Shown here: piece by piece, positions 35,405 through 47,919 of the stretch | How the letters are laid out: every line of letters begins with the position of its first letter | Position numbering within the stretch: position 1 is the first letter of the stretch | DNA from: Felis catus | Taxonomy: Eukaryota | Direction of reading: 5' to 3' | Assembly: GCF_018350175.1 (NCBI RefSeq) | Contig: NC_058374.1 | Span: 117,180,001 to 117,244,000, forward strand | Length of the DNA: 64,000 nt | Translations under genes and position numbers: made by a program | The notes under the pieces: model-generated | Told to the model about the DNA's origin: nothing | The model's input: only the letters and a program-made list of their open reading frames with translations | Databases searched by the model: none

Positions 35405-36150
35405 TGTATTAGTTGGGATGTGCTAGCTGTCTTAACGAACACCTCCAAACTCTCAGTGGCCTGAGACAACAAAGGTTTATTTCTTACTCGTGTCAGAGTC
35501 CAGTGTATGTTGGCTGGGGAAGGAGTGTTGGGGGAGGGGATGCTTGCGCTCCACACGGCCAGTCAGGACCCAGGTTTCTTCTACCTGGCTCTGCCGTCTT
35601 CTAGCAAGGTGCTACTCAGAATGTGGTCCATAGGCCAGTGAGGGTTCATGAACTCTTTGTCACCATTTTGTGCCAAGATAATTATGGAACTGAGAGTGTT
35701 CAGAAATTACAGTAGTTTGACAGGATAATTTTAGGTCTATTGAATCTAATAATAAAAAATAGAATTGGGCTTATAGTTTGTCTTTTTTAAATGTAATTTT
35801 CTCAGTGATTATTTTTACTGTATTTTATAAAAGTAGCAGGCCATGATAGATTAGAACTAAAAAGAAAAGCTCCTCACCACATGTAGTTTCGGAAGCACTC
35901 TTTTAGCACCTCAGCCTCAGAGTCCTAGGTCTCTCTGCCCCTGATCAGCAGAGAAAGGAGGAGCAGGGGCATGAGGGTTGTGTGGGAGATCTGAGGCCCC
36001 GGAATAACAGATGCTATTTCTGACAAAGTCTCATCAGCCCAGTCTTGGTCACATGGCCCCACTTAACTGCAAGGGAGCCTGGGAAATGTAGTCTTGCTGG
36101 GTGCCCAGGAAGAAGAGGAAATAGAATTTGGTGAAGTCACAGCATTGTTT
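35405..36150. mobile_element. Old MLT1-type LTR, probably interrupted by a hAT fragment (~35605-35900)
   Basis: tgtattagttggg...ctcagtggcctgagacaacaaaggtttatttctt ... ggtcacatggccccacttaactgcaagggagcctgggaaatgtagtc. Confidence 0.55.
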
Positions 36151-36894
36151 GCCATTCTGTAGGTGCCATCTTGACTGGTTTCTTTATGGCCTACGTACAA
36201 TCCACTGGCTATCACTGTTAGCTCTGCCTCCACGGTATAGCCCCAATGTATCCATATCTCTTTTTTTTCCCACTTCTACTGTCTTACTCCAAGCCATCTA
36301 GCGGGTCTCCGTACTTCCACTCTGCCCTGCACACTTTTGCATTCCCACTGCCTCTTCCCTAAACAACCTTACTCTGCCCAATATCAAGGGTAAAGTTTTT
36401 ACTTATGATTGAAATAATGATGTCTGATGTGCTTCAAATAACCCAGTGGGGGAGGGAGGTTGGTGGGAATATAGATGATAGGTATTGGTAATTGTTGGAG
36501 CTGGGTGATGGGCACATGGAGATTTAGTATACTTTCTACTTTTGTATTTGCTTGAGATTCCTATAGTAAGGGGTTTTTAAAAGTAAACTTTTAGACCATA
36601 AACGAGGTTATATCCAAGGTGACTGCTCATGGTTGTGCGGTTATGCTGTGCTCAAGTGTGCCGGCCTGGGGGGCAACGGGAGGCAGAAATCTACAGGACA
36701 GCATCTCTCAGGGGGCCCGGCATTCTCCCAAAGGAGTCGCTACAGAAAATGGTGGCCATTATCATGCCTTTCCTCAGTTTAAAACCTGAGGATGATTTTC
36801 CACTGTAATTGGTATATGGCGATTTTTTTTAATGCCTCAACTTGACAAAAGAGTCCACAATCTGATGTCTGTAGTCCTGTTGTCATTGTTGTTA

Positions 36895-37233
36895 TTATAG
36901 GCTGAATAATGGTCCACAGATATGTTATATCCTAATTTTTGCAACCCATGAATGTGACTTTACATGGCAATGGCAAAGAGGACGCTGCAGGAATGATTGA
37001 GTGAGGAAGGATCTTGAGTTGGGGAGATTCTCCTGGATTGTCTGGTTTGGCTCAATGTAATCACAAGAGTTCTTTGAAGTGAAAGAGGTGAGGCAGACTC
37101 TCAGGAGAGGAGATGCTGGGAGCAGAGGGTGGAGGGCTGTGACTGCTGGGGTTGAAGATGGAGGAAGAGGGCATAAGCCCCTAAATGCCAGCAGCCTCTA
37201 GAAGCTGGAAGAGGCAAGGCAACAGAGCCCGTG
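36895..37233. mobile_element. MLT1D/E-like LTR running into an N gap
   Basis: aggctgaataatgg...gagattctcctggatt...aatgtaatcacaagag...cagcctctagaagctggaagaggcaagg. Confidence 0.7.
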
Positions 37234-37398
37234 NNNNNNNNNNNNNNNNNNNNNNNNNNNNNNNNNNNNNNNNNNNNNNNNNNNNNNNNNNNNNNNNNNN
37301 NNNNNNNNNNNNNNNNNNNNNNNNNNNNNNNNNNNNNNNNNNNNNNNNNNNNNNNNNNNNNNNNNNNNNNNNNNNNNNNNNNNNNNNNNNNNNNNNNN
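37234..37398. other. Assembly gap (N)
   Basis: N run. Confidence 0.99.
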
Positions 37399-37827
37399 AT
37401 CCACATGCTGTCAAATCCAGAGGTCGACCTGTGGACATCACACACTCCTTGCTGGCTACTGTCTGCAGACCAGGCTCCGTCAGCATTGCCCATCTCCCAA
37501 TCTCATCACCTGCCTTTTCCTTTCACTTGCTTTGCTTCAGCCCCATGAGCCTTCTTTCTCCCTTAAACTCCTTCAGGCCTTCGTTTGCCATTCCTTCTGC
37601 CTGAAATGCTCTTCACCCAGCTCTTACATGGCCAGCTTATTTAAGCATTTGGGTGGCAGCATAAGTGTCACCTCCTTAGAGATTTTCTTTGACTATTCCC
37701 TCTAAAGTAGCCCTTCCCACCCTTCTCTCTCATTACCCTATTTCATTTACTTTATAGCACCTATTATTCTTTTAAATAAGCTATATTTTTAGAATAATTT
37801 TAGATTTCATTAAGAATAATTATTCTT

Positions 37828-38046
37828 GGGGCGCCTGGGTGGCGCAGTCGGTTAAGCGTCCGACTTCAGCCAGGTCACGATCTCGCGGTCCGTGAGTTCG
37901 AGCCCCGCGTCAGGCTCTGGGCTGATGGCTCAGAGCCTGGAGCCTGTTTCTGATTCTGTGTCTCCCTCTCTCTCTGCCCCTCCCCCGTTCATGCTCTGTC
38001 TCTCTCTGTCCCAAAAATAAATAAACGTTGAAAAAAAAATTTTTTT
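37828..38046 (+). mobile_element. Young felid SINE (SINEC_Fc-type)
   Basis: Near consensus; perfect 18-bp TSD ttaagaataattattctt (37810-37827 and 38047-38064). Confidence 0.96.
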
Positions 38047-38064
38047 TTAAGAATAATTATTCTT

Positions 38065-38700
38065 TTAGAATAATTTTAGATTTACAGTAACACCCCCAAA
38101 GATCATATAGGAAACTCCCATACACTCCTGCCTGTACTCCCAATATCCCTTACTATTAACATCTTACATTAGTGTGGAGCATTTGTCATGATTAATGAGC
38201 CTATATTGATGCATTATATGAAACAAACCAGACTTTGTTCAGATTTCTTTAGTTTTAGCCCAGGATCCTATCCAGGGTCCCATCCTCATCCAGGGTACCA
38301 CAGTACATGCATTGAGTTCTCCTGTTGGCTGTGATGTTTTTTTGATGACCTTGACAGTTTTGAGTACAGGTCAGTTCTTATGTAGAATGTTTCTCAACTG
38401 AGATTTGTCTGATGTTTTTCTCATGATTATCCTGGAGTTTGGGGGACTCCATGATTATTACGGGTTTGAGGGAGAAAGAGTATAGACGTAAAAGAGCATT
38501 TTCATCACATTGTATCAAGGGTTTATGATTTATGATCTGGTTTGGTTTATGACTGTTGGTGTTGACCTTGATCACCTGGCTGAGGTAGTGTTTATTAGGT
38601 TCTCCACTAGAAAATTACTCTCCCCCCTCCCTCCTCCATTTGATCCTGTACTCTTTGGAAGGAAGTCAGTATGCACAACCCATACTTAAGGAGTAGGAAG
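38065..38700 (-). mobile_element. Old L1M 3' fragment
   Basis: ttagatttacag...tattaacatcttacattagtgtgg...ttgatcacctggctgaggtagtg. Confidence 0.6.
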
Positions 38701-39206
38701 TGACACCCTTGCTACTTTTCGAGTTTATTGTATTTATTTGTTTGATTATGTGTTTTGAACATTGTTACTGGGCTAACCCACAGATATTCCCAGCCTCCTT
38801 CTTACCTACTGTTTGCAAGCAGATGCAGGAATCCCAGATGCCTGTTTTCCTTGTTCCATCCTGACAAATGAAACGGAAGCAAGTCACTCTTCTGGTATGT
38901 TTGGGAGGAGGCTTTTTCTCTCCTCATAAAGGAAGTAGCCTCTGTTGTTCTATTGTTACCTTCTTCTTTGCACCCTGAAAGTGGAATCCTGGAGCTGCTG
39001 TGGCCACCTTGTGACAATGAGTGACAAGCATAATGGCAAAAAGTCAACATGCTAAAGACACCAGAGCAGAAATACATTTAAAAAAAAAGTACAGTTGCTT
39101 TGATGGCAACTGATGCCAGCCATCACCTACCTTTGGACTTAGTGTTATTGAGAAGAGTTTAAGCCATTGCTAATGAGGTTCTAGTTCTTGTAGCTGAAAG
39201 CATTCT

Positions 39207-39452
39207 TTTTTTTAATGTTAATATTGTTTGTTTGTGTTTGAGAGAGTGTGTGTGTGCATGCACACATGAGACAGAGAGAGAGAGACAGACAGACAGAGGG
39301 AGAGGGCGGGGTGGGGGGAGTAGGACGGGGGATCCAAAGTGCTCTCTGTGCTGAGAGCAGACAGCCTGATTTGGGGCTCGAACTCATGAACCATGAAATC
39401 ATGACCCAAGCCAAAGTTGGATGCTTAACTGACCGAGCCACCCAGGTGTCCC
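39207..39452 (-). mobile_element. Can-SINE
   Basis: TSD tgtagctg(a/g)aagcattctt. Confidence 0.92.
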
Positions 39453-40524
39453 TGTAGCTGGAAGCATTCTTAACTGATAAGGTATTCCTTGCTTGTCTTC
39501 CAAAAATGAAGTTCTATAAGGACAGAGACTTTGTCTTGTTTCTCTCTGTTTCTAGGGGTTGACAGAGTAGAGTAGATACCTAGTATGTTCTCATTGTATG
39601 AGTGAAGAGACAGATGACAGTTTAAGGGAGAGGGAAGATTTTTTTTTTTTTAATTTAAGAAAACCAGGGCATATTTGTAAGATAATAAGAAGGCACCAGA
39701 ATAGAGAAAGAGATTGAAGGTATAAAGAGGAGGGGAGAGAAAAGATACTCCATGAAGGATGGTCTCAGAAAAAGGGGAGGGAATGGGATCCCATGGCCTA
39801 GTGAAGGTGTGTGTTAGATAATAAAGGGAGAAACAATCAAATAGAGGCTCTTAATCTCTTCAGTCAGGAATCTGATTGATCTGAGAATCTGATTTGAGAA
39901 TCAGGAAGCTATGGAGCCTTTCTCCAGAAGAAAGCATGTTGTCGCATATAACCATATTTTTACATGTAGTTTCATGAAATTTGCCGATGCTGCTCCTGCA
40001 ATCATCCACGGCTCCTTAACGTTTACATTTTAGGACCAGTGCAAATAAAATGGGAGAACTGATATCAGGTTATTAACTTTTTAATGTCCTAACTAAGGAC
40101 ATTGAAGAATAAAAGTTACTGTTTACAATCTCATCTTTTCATTAAAGAATGGTTATGTTCATCTCAAAAAAGCAGGAAGGACCTAATCTTTTAGAAAGTA
40201 CTACTATTTATATTGGGTAAATTTAGCATCACAGATAACTCACTGCAATGTCCTTAATAAAAGCACAGTGCAGGTTTTAAAGTCAAACAATTTGAGTCAG
40301 CTCTGTTCCTTACTTGCTGTGTAAGTAAGAAACTTGGGGAAGCATCTAAACCTCGCTAAGCCTTGGTTTCCATCACAGCAAAACAGGAGACAATAGAACC
40401 TAACTCATGGTTGTTGTGAGATTAAGTATAGTAATGCCAGTGAAGCAAATGCTAACACCCAGAGATGACCAGTTAACTCTGGGGAAAACATCCTTCTGAA
40501 TACGGATATAAAAATGATCATAGA

Positions 40525-40750
40525 GGGGCACCTGGGTGGCTCAGTTGGTTCAGTGTCTGACTTTGGCTCCGGTCATGATCTCGCAGTTCCTGGGTTTGAG
40601 CCCTGCATCAGGCTCTGTGCTGATAGGTCAGAGACTGGAGCCTGCTTCAGATTCTGTGCCTCCCTCTCTCTCTGCCCTCCCCTGCTTGTGCTCTCTCTCT
40701 CTCTCTTTCTCTCTCAAAAATAAGTAAGCATTTTAAAAAATTTAATTAAA
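40525..40750 (+). mobile_element. Can-SINE
   Basis: TSD ...gatcataga. Confidence 0.92.
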
Positions 40751-41183
40751 AAAGATCATAGATACACAGATATAGATAGAGCTATAGATACAGCTAGAAA
40801 CACATGTGCATGTGCACCCATGTGCGCACATGCACGCACACACACACACACACAGCCACAAGCACATACACAAGTCAGATGCTTCTGTGTGTATTTCTTT
40901 GTACTCTGCTTTGTCTCTCTCTTAACAATATATGTGAATATGTATCCTTGTACAACACTATTTTGAATGGTTACATGGTACTCTAGAAAATGGCATAGCA
41001 TCATTTATTTCACTGATCTTATCTTGTTGGATGTTGAATTTATTTCCAGTTGTTTGCAATGATAACTCTGCAATGACCTTCTTCGTAACTGAAGTTTTCT
41101 CATACCTATGATTATTTCCTAGGAAAAAATCTTATATGAAGAAATGGTATATTAAAAACATAAATTAAAAAAAAACAGACTCT

Positions 41184-41440
41184 GGGGGCGCCTGGCTGGC
41201 TCAGTCGGTTAAGCCTCCCACTCTTGATCTCGGCTCAGGTCATGATCTCACAGTTTGCGGGTTCAAGCCCCACATCGGGCTCTGCATTGACAGTGTGGAG
41301 CCTGCTTGGAATTCTCTATCCCTCTCTCTCTGCCCCTACCCCATTTGTGCTTTCTCTCTCTCTCAAAACAAAAACAAAAACAAAAACAAAAACACAAAAA
41401 AAACAAAAAAAAACAAAAAAAAACATAAAACAAAAACAAC
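41184..41440 (+). mobile_element. Can-SINE with expanded (CAAAAA)n tail, inserted in an L1 3' end
   Basis: TSD cagactctg; the L1 tail resumes at 41450-41630. Confidence 0.92.
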
Positions 41441-41449
41441 CCAGACTCT

Positions 41450-41633
41450 GAACCATAGAGAACAGAGGGGAGATGGGGCAGATCGCTGAAACAGGTAAAG
41501 GGGATTAAGAGTACACTTATGATGAGCACTGAGTAATATATGGAGTTGCTGAGTCACTATATTGTGCACCTGAAATTAATGTAACACTGTATGTTAACTA
41601 CACTGGAATTAAAAAAATATATCTAAAAAAAAA
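41450..41633 (+). mobile_element. Carnivore L1 3' end
   Basis: gggattaagagtacacttatgatgagcactgagtaat...cacctgaaattaatgtaacactgtatgttaacta. Confidence 0.8.
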
Positions 41634-41936
41634 AGTCTTACACAGTTTAAGTTTATTTGCCTTATAAAGTCATTTTGACCTCCAGAAATATTACGTCAAT
41701 TTCTAGTTCTCCCAGCATGTATGAAACTGCCCATTTCTGAGCTCTCTCACATTACTATTTTACTCTTCTAATTTTTTCCTTTTCTTTGGAGAAAAATTAT
41801 ATTTGATATTTTAATTTATATTAATGTGACGACCAGTAAAGTCAGGTTTTTCAAATGTTTACTGGCTAATTATACTAATTACTTTGTGAATTTACCATCT
41901 GTATCTTTTATATATTTTTAGAATATTTTCATTTTC

Positions 41937-42154
41937 TTTTTTTTTTTTCCAACGTTTATTTATTTTGGGGACAGAGAGAGAGACAGAGCATGAACGGGGG
42001 AGGGGCAAAGAGAGAGGGAGACACAGAATCGGAAGCAGGCTCCAGGCTCTGAGCCATCAGCTCAGAGCCTGACGCAGGGCTCGAACTCACGGACCGCGAG
42101 ATCGTGACCTGGCTGAAGTCGGACGCTTAACCGACTGCGCCACCCAGGCGCCCC
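41937..42154 (-). mobile_element. Young felid SINE (SINEC_Fc-type)
   Basis: Near consensus; TSD cattttctttttt. Confidence 0.95.
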
Positions 42155-42162
42155 TCATTTTC

Positions 42163-42396
42163 TTTTTTTTAAATAATTTTTTAAATGTTTATTTTTGAGA
42201 GAAAGAGAGAGAGAGAGAGAGAAAGCTCAAGCAGGGGAAGGGCAGAGAGAGAGGGAGACACAGAATTCGAAGCAGGCTGTAGGCTCTGAGCTGTCACAGT
42301 GCAGAGCCCAATGTAGGGCTTGAACTCACAGACTGCAAGATCATGATCTGAGCCGAAGTCACAAGCTTAACTGACTGAGCCACCCAGGCACCCCCC
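42163..42396 (-). mobile_element. Can-SINE (second in tandem cluster)
   Basis: Full body. Confidence 0.92.
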
Positions 42397-42397
42397 A

Positions 42398-42560
42398 TTT
42401 TTTTTAAGTTTATTTATTTATTTTGAGAGACACAGAGAGAGCATGCTCAGGGGAGGGATAGAGATAGGGGGAGAGTGAGAATCCCAAGCAGGCTCTGTGC
42501 TTTCAGAGCCCAATGTGGGGCTCAAAGTCACAAACCAAATCATGAGATCAGGACCTGAGA
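42398..42560 (-). mobile_element. Can-SINE (third, older, 5'-truncated)
   Basis: Partial body (gaatcccaagcaggctctgtgc). Confidence 0.85.
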
Positions 42561-43844
42561 CAAAATGAAGAGCCATCAGGCATCTGAATATTTGCATTTT
42601 CTTATTGATTAGGAGTTCTTTATATGACAAAGCTAATAATTCTTTTCATTCATTATGTTGCAAAAGACTACATCATTTATATTTCTGAAACCTAATAGCT
42701 CAAAGACCTACCGAAGGCCTTGGATGCTAACAACTATCTTGTTCTTTCATAGGCTTGGAGTTTTTAAGCCAACCCCTTGGGTCTGATTGTTTAAATAATT
42801 TTAGCTGTATGAGCTGACCCTCCTTTTTCTACCTTGAAAACAAGAGTAAATTTTTCACCTCCAACCTAGCCATTGATCGATAACAGCACAGGACTTTAGC
42901 ATTATTCTTATTTTCCAAGTCAGTAGTGTCTTGCTTTTGTTGATAGTTCACATGCCATGGCATTCCTTATGATACTCATAAGCATTTTGGATACAAAAAG
43001 AACACATTCTGTAATTATCATGGTGTTTTGTAGAACCAAGTATGCTAAAAACAGTCAAACACATTCTAGACCCTTAATAAGTATTTGTCAAACTGAACAG
43101 AAAGGAAACTTCTCAGAATGTTACAAAGCTGTAAAGTCTGATATAAAATAGCACGATTTGCTTTTAAAAACTTGTTTCAGGATGGAAGTGAAAGGTGTCA
43201 GTAATTGACTTTCCCTTTAGAAGGTGATCAAAGAAATTATGGCATGCCTCACTTTTTTATTTCCTTTCTTTCTTTTTTTAATCTTAGATTGCTAGACCAG
43301 ACTCAGCTAGTTCTGCAGCTGTGTTCTTGGCTGGGTAGAAAGGCATCTCCATTTTCTGCTCCAGTGACCAGCTATTGTACTGATCATCTCTACCTTTCTT
43401 TTAGTTATGTGAAGCAAAGCTCTTAAAGTTACCTGAATATTTGCATAACACACATTGTCCTGAGTTTGTTTGAGAGATTCTAAAGTAAACAGTTTTTTGG
43501 CTTTCAAACTTACATGGCACTAAAGAATGGAATTTAGGGTTGGCTCAGGGGGCGGATTAGACGAGGTATTATAAATTCCCGAGTGTGCCCCAGGATTAGG
43601 GGTCTGGCTCTTATAGACTCCAAGATTTTCAATTAAAGCTAGGAATATTATCCTGAGTTTATGTTGTTTTCCATTGCTGCTGTTGCTTTCTGCCAAGCAA
43701 GAGTTCATGACAGATTTTTTGCCTGTTCTCAAGCAAATAAGAGTAGGCAACACTTACATAGCACCCTTTTTCATATATTAGGCACCAGGCCCCATTTTTC
43801 ACATTAACTCATTCAATCCTGATAACAAACTTATACGGTAGGTT

Positions 43845-46030
43845 GTATGAGGACAATGATAGTTGCTGTAACAAATAAGCCATGGGATGTTATTGATTTA
43901 ATCCAATAAGTGATTATTTCTCATTGCCTGTAACCCACTTACAGGTGTTTGGTAGAAAGTTTAGGGACCCAAACTTCTTTCATTTTGTAGCTTTTCTATA
44001 CCTTAGAGCCCCAAAGTCTTTCTCTTCTAACCAGCAAATGGAAAACAAAAACGGGGGATTCTCTGTTGGAGGTTTTAAATGTGTGAGGCCTGAAGGCATT
44101 GCACATCTGCCCGTGCCATTTTCCAGAACTCAGACACATGGCCTCATCTAACTGCAAGTGTTGTTAAGAAACACAGTCTAGCTGTATTTCCAGGTAAAAG
44201 AGAAAGTGGTTTTGGTGAGCATACAGATTCTGTCACAGTCCACTCTTAGGTTAGCAAATAGCCTCACTCAACTAACCCTTCTTCCCACACAAACAACACA
44301 CTCATTCCTTTCCCAAAAGAGACAACCCAATGCCCCTTGCAGTTACTGCAGTTATCTAAAAATCCAGCATTTCTGGGTAATGTGTGGCCTTCTCCATCAG
44401 GATGGGATGTTTTCTTCATTGCCCATTGATCTCTGAACTGAAGGGACAAACTTCCGCGTCCCATTCATACCCAATATAAAGTGGCGGGCAAGGATGAGAT
44501 AAAGTAATAGCTGTGCCCAGTTGGAAAGGGAAGACAGAGACACACAGCAATGCGGATACCTGACAATGGTGAAGGCCCAGTGGGAAGGCATTGTGCTGTG
44601 ACCTAGTCCTGGGAGTAGGAGTAAGTACCTTGGCTCCTCCCTTCTTATTGTAGCCTGATTTTCCACTCTGGGAGGAATTCCATGTCCTTTGTTTTCTGTA
44701 GTCCTCTCTGCTTTCTGGAAGGTTCTTCCTTAGCTGTTATCCTCCATGGCCACCTATGAACCCATGAGATGGGTGTGGAGGAGCCTGTCCTTTCTGAGGG
44801 CTACACAGCTTCTGAAGCCCACTTCCTACTTGTGCAAATTTGGAGACTCAAAGGTTGGTTCAAGGTTCTAACTATGAAAAGCCTTTTAAATCTAGGTTTA
44901 TTTTTCTTTGGCAATATCACTCCCTAAAAATTCAGAATGTGCTAATCTTTGCTTCCCAGAAATCCCATGAGCAAAAGTTCATACCCAAAGTTTTTTCCTA
45001 TACGTGCTTCTCAAGCTTCATTTATGTATTTGCTTCCTCTCTCATGCTTCTGTCTGTTGAGTTGAGAGTAACTGTCTTGAGACTATCTAAAACAATAGGC
45101 ATGGATGGGAATGTCACATCCTTACTCAGATCGTTGTTAGTAGGCTTGAGTCAGAAGGGGATTTTGTTGCTCAAATATAGTTAGCATTTGGGATCCAAAA
45201 TGAGTAGGCTTTTATAACCCTTGAGACCGACTATTTCTGGACTCTGTAGCCTCTTTTACTTCTGTTTACAAACCAGCCAATCTTTCCTAAACCCCTCTCT
45301 TTCTCATAATTCTCACTAAGAACAGAGTTGTACAAGTGCCTACCTCCTTAACTCGGTGCCCTACGTGTCTCATCTCACCCTAGTCCCTGACCTGGGAAAA
45401 ATCAACACATCCTATTACTCTATTTCCAGCCACTTCCCCTGGACTACAGGCTTAAGTAGGCATAATGTCTGCCATTGAAGGCAACAGTTGTATCAGATTT
45501 TTGCCACTTTACGAAACAGGTTTCTTTCTTTCTGGTTTCTTATATCACTTTCCTCACTAATTACCACTCAACTGCTGAGCTGGTTCTGTATTGTTTTAGG
45601 TTTTGGTGATGGCAGCACTCCACTTCTAGCTGCCATTTTTTATATTGCTTGGCATAACAGTAGCTGCTATAACAAACCTTGGAATTTCAGCTTAAGACAA
45701 TAATTATTTCTTCTCATAGCCAAGCCAATGTAGGCACCTTCCACATGGTGACTAAGGGCCTCAAGCTGCTGCCACCTTGACTTTTGCCATATGCTGGGAT
45801 CATGGAGTCCTTTGCTTTCAGACAGAATCAGTGAAAACATAGAGGATCATCTATGGGAGGGTTTTAATGGCCAGGCCTAGAGGTGGTACACATTAGTTCT
45901 GTCACATTCCATTGGCCAGAACCCAGTCATTCCACATCGAGTGCAAAGGAGGCTGAGGGATATAATCTAGTCCTGTGCTCAGTGAGAATAGGGACCAGGC
46001 TTTGGGGAATACATGAGAGCCTCATTGATA
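43845..46030 (-). mobile_element. MLT1-type MaLR with LTR-internal-LTR structure
   Basis: Two similar LTR-like blocks (~43845-44237 and ~45640-46030) flank ~1.4 kb of internal sequence with MLT-int-like ends (gtccactctt...; ...cactccacttctagctgccattttt). Confidence 0.55.
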
Positions 46031-47013
46031 AATATACAGCACCGGAAAAACTGAGTCATAAACCAGCAAGTTCCTTGTGTTTTCATAGCATGTTTGTCTC
46101 TATAAAGAAGGAATGTGTCCTTATAGAGGCCTAAGTGCTTGATCACATCTGAGAGTGAGAGTAAGGACTTTGTTCTTAAATGGTGAGTCATGGCAACCCT
46201 TTCCTGGGCACATTTTCTATAAGGATAAACTTAGAATAAATTCTACCTGTACCTCCTCCCCCCCCCCCCCCCCATTTTTGTCTTTGCAGATAACCCAAGG
46301 ATTTTCTGGTGGCAGAGAGCTTGTACTGGATGGCCATAGGGAGGTAGTGTCAGGATGGGGAGCATTGGGGCTTTGTCAGAGTAAAGGGCTGGACACTCAT
46401 TTCTTCAGGAATGTTGACTGATGATGTTTTCTCTTAGAGCAGAACTTGAGTGCCTATAGTTTTGGGATGTGATCCCAAAAAGCACAATTAAGGAAGTGGG
46501 TGATGTAAGTCAGAGAGGAGAGAAAACCCAACAAATAGGTTATTGTTGGGGCAACAGGGACTCAATCTTAGTAGAGATCTCTTGAGAAACCATATGGGGC
46601 ATGCTTTAGAATTCTTCCAGTGAAAATCAAGGAGGCTGGGGCATTTTTTACAACAACTCCCAACCATGTTGATTGAAGGTTGGTCCAGGAGGATTAAGTA
46701 CCACCTCCCCCATCTATGGGCTATATTTACAAGCAGTCTAGTAAGCTCCTGTGACAGGCCGAGAGGAAGACATCTGCAGACACATGAGAGGGGAGCTGCG
46801 AGCCTGACCTAGGGTCTGTCCATTGCTGCAAGAGACCTCGGGTGGTCCAGAGAACATGGGGCACCTGCTGAGATGGGAAGAGGCACAGGGAATGAGAAAC
46901 AAAGACTCAGATATAACACAGACTCTCAAAATCCACCTGGCAGACCTCATTGGTTGTAGCTGTCCTCTGGGTGGGGCTGAACTCTGCCTCCATTGTGTAT
47001 TAACTAGTATTTG

Positions 47014-47217
47014 CACTTAACATAACACTCTCCAGTTCCATCCACGTTGCTACAAAGCGCCAAGAGACTCTTAAAAACTGAGAACAAACTGAGGGTTGAT
47101 GGGGGGTGGGAGGGATAGGAGGGTGGGTGATGGCTATTAAGGAGGGCACCTGTTGCGATGAGCACTGGGTGTTGTATGGAAACCAATTTGACAATAAATT
47201 TCATATTAAAAAAAAAA
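47014..47217 (+). mobile_element. Short felid L1 insertion with 5' inversion
   Basis: 47014-47060 is antisense L1; 47062-47217 is sense 3'UTR plus poly-A. TSD ctagtatt(t/a)gc. Confidence 0.88.
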
Positions 47218-47919
47218 GCCTAGTATTAGCAGCCAGCAGTAATAGAGCATTTACTGTGTCCAGAAGCTATACTAAGGGCTTGACATAAATGATCTCATTT
47301 AATGTTCATTGACCATCTACTATGTACCAGGGGAGAAGCAAGAGATGAATAAAACTTACTCTCTGTACTTAATTTAAACTCTGGCAGGAGGGATAAAGAG
47401 AACACAAAGGTTTTATACAGCAAAGGATCTATTGGAGTCCAGGACAGTTACAAATAAGTATGGGTCTCTGGGACATGAAACTGACTTCTGGATGGAAGAT
47501 CAGGTGTCCTTAAGGAAGAAAAAGAAGGAATTTGAACCTATCCTTGAAGGATGGGTAGGAGTTTGACAAGCATATTGGGGGAAGTGCATTTGTGGACAAA
47601 GTGATGGAGTGTTTGGGAAGCTGGAGGGGAGGGAGACAAGATGGACATTGCTAGGAAGCTGTCACAATATGATCGAACCTAGGAGTTAGACAAATCTGTA
47701 AGCCAGATGTGACACCAAGGTCAAGAAAAAGAAGCCAGATCAAGCATTAAATTGAGGGTAGAGAATATCTCCAGTAGAAAGCAATAAGTATGTGGGAGAA
47801 GAAAAGTTTTGGGGAAGGAGCGAGATACAGGGGGAGTAGAGGCAAGTGATTCAGGAATAATGTCATGATTGCTAGATGTCTGTAGCAATCCATTCAGCTG
47901 TTCAGTATATACCCCTCAT

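Noticed and set aside
39866-39905. Short degenerate repeats gaatctgatt (also taatgta-type repeats at ~50408-50449)
   Set aside because: Ordinary slippage micro-duplications with no array or spacer structure.
43439-43453. Oct-Sox composite-like ATTTGCATAACA
   Set aside because: The Sox half is incomplete; a single motif in AT-rich DNA is expected by chance.
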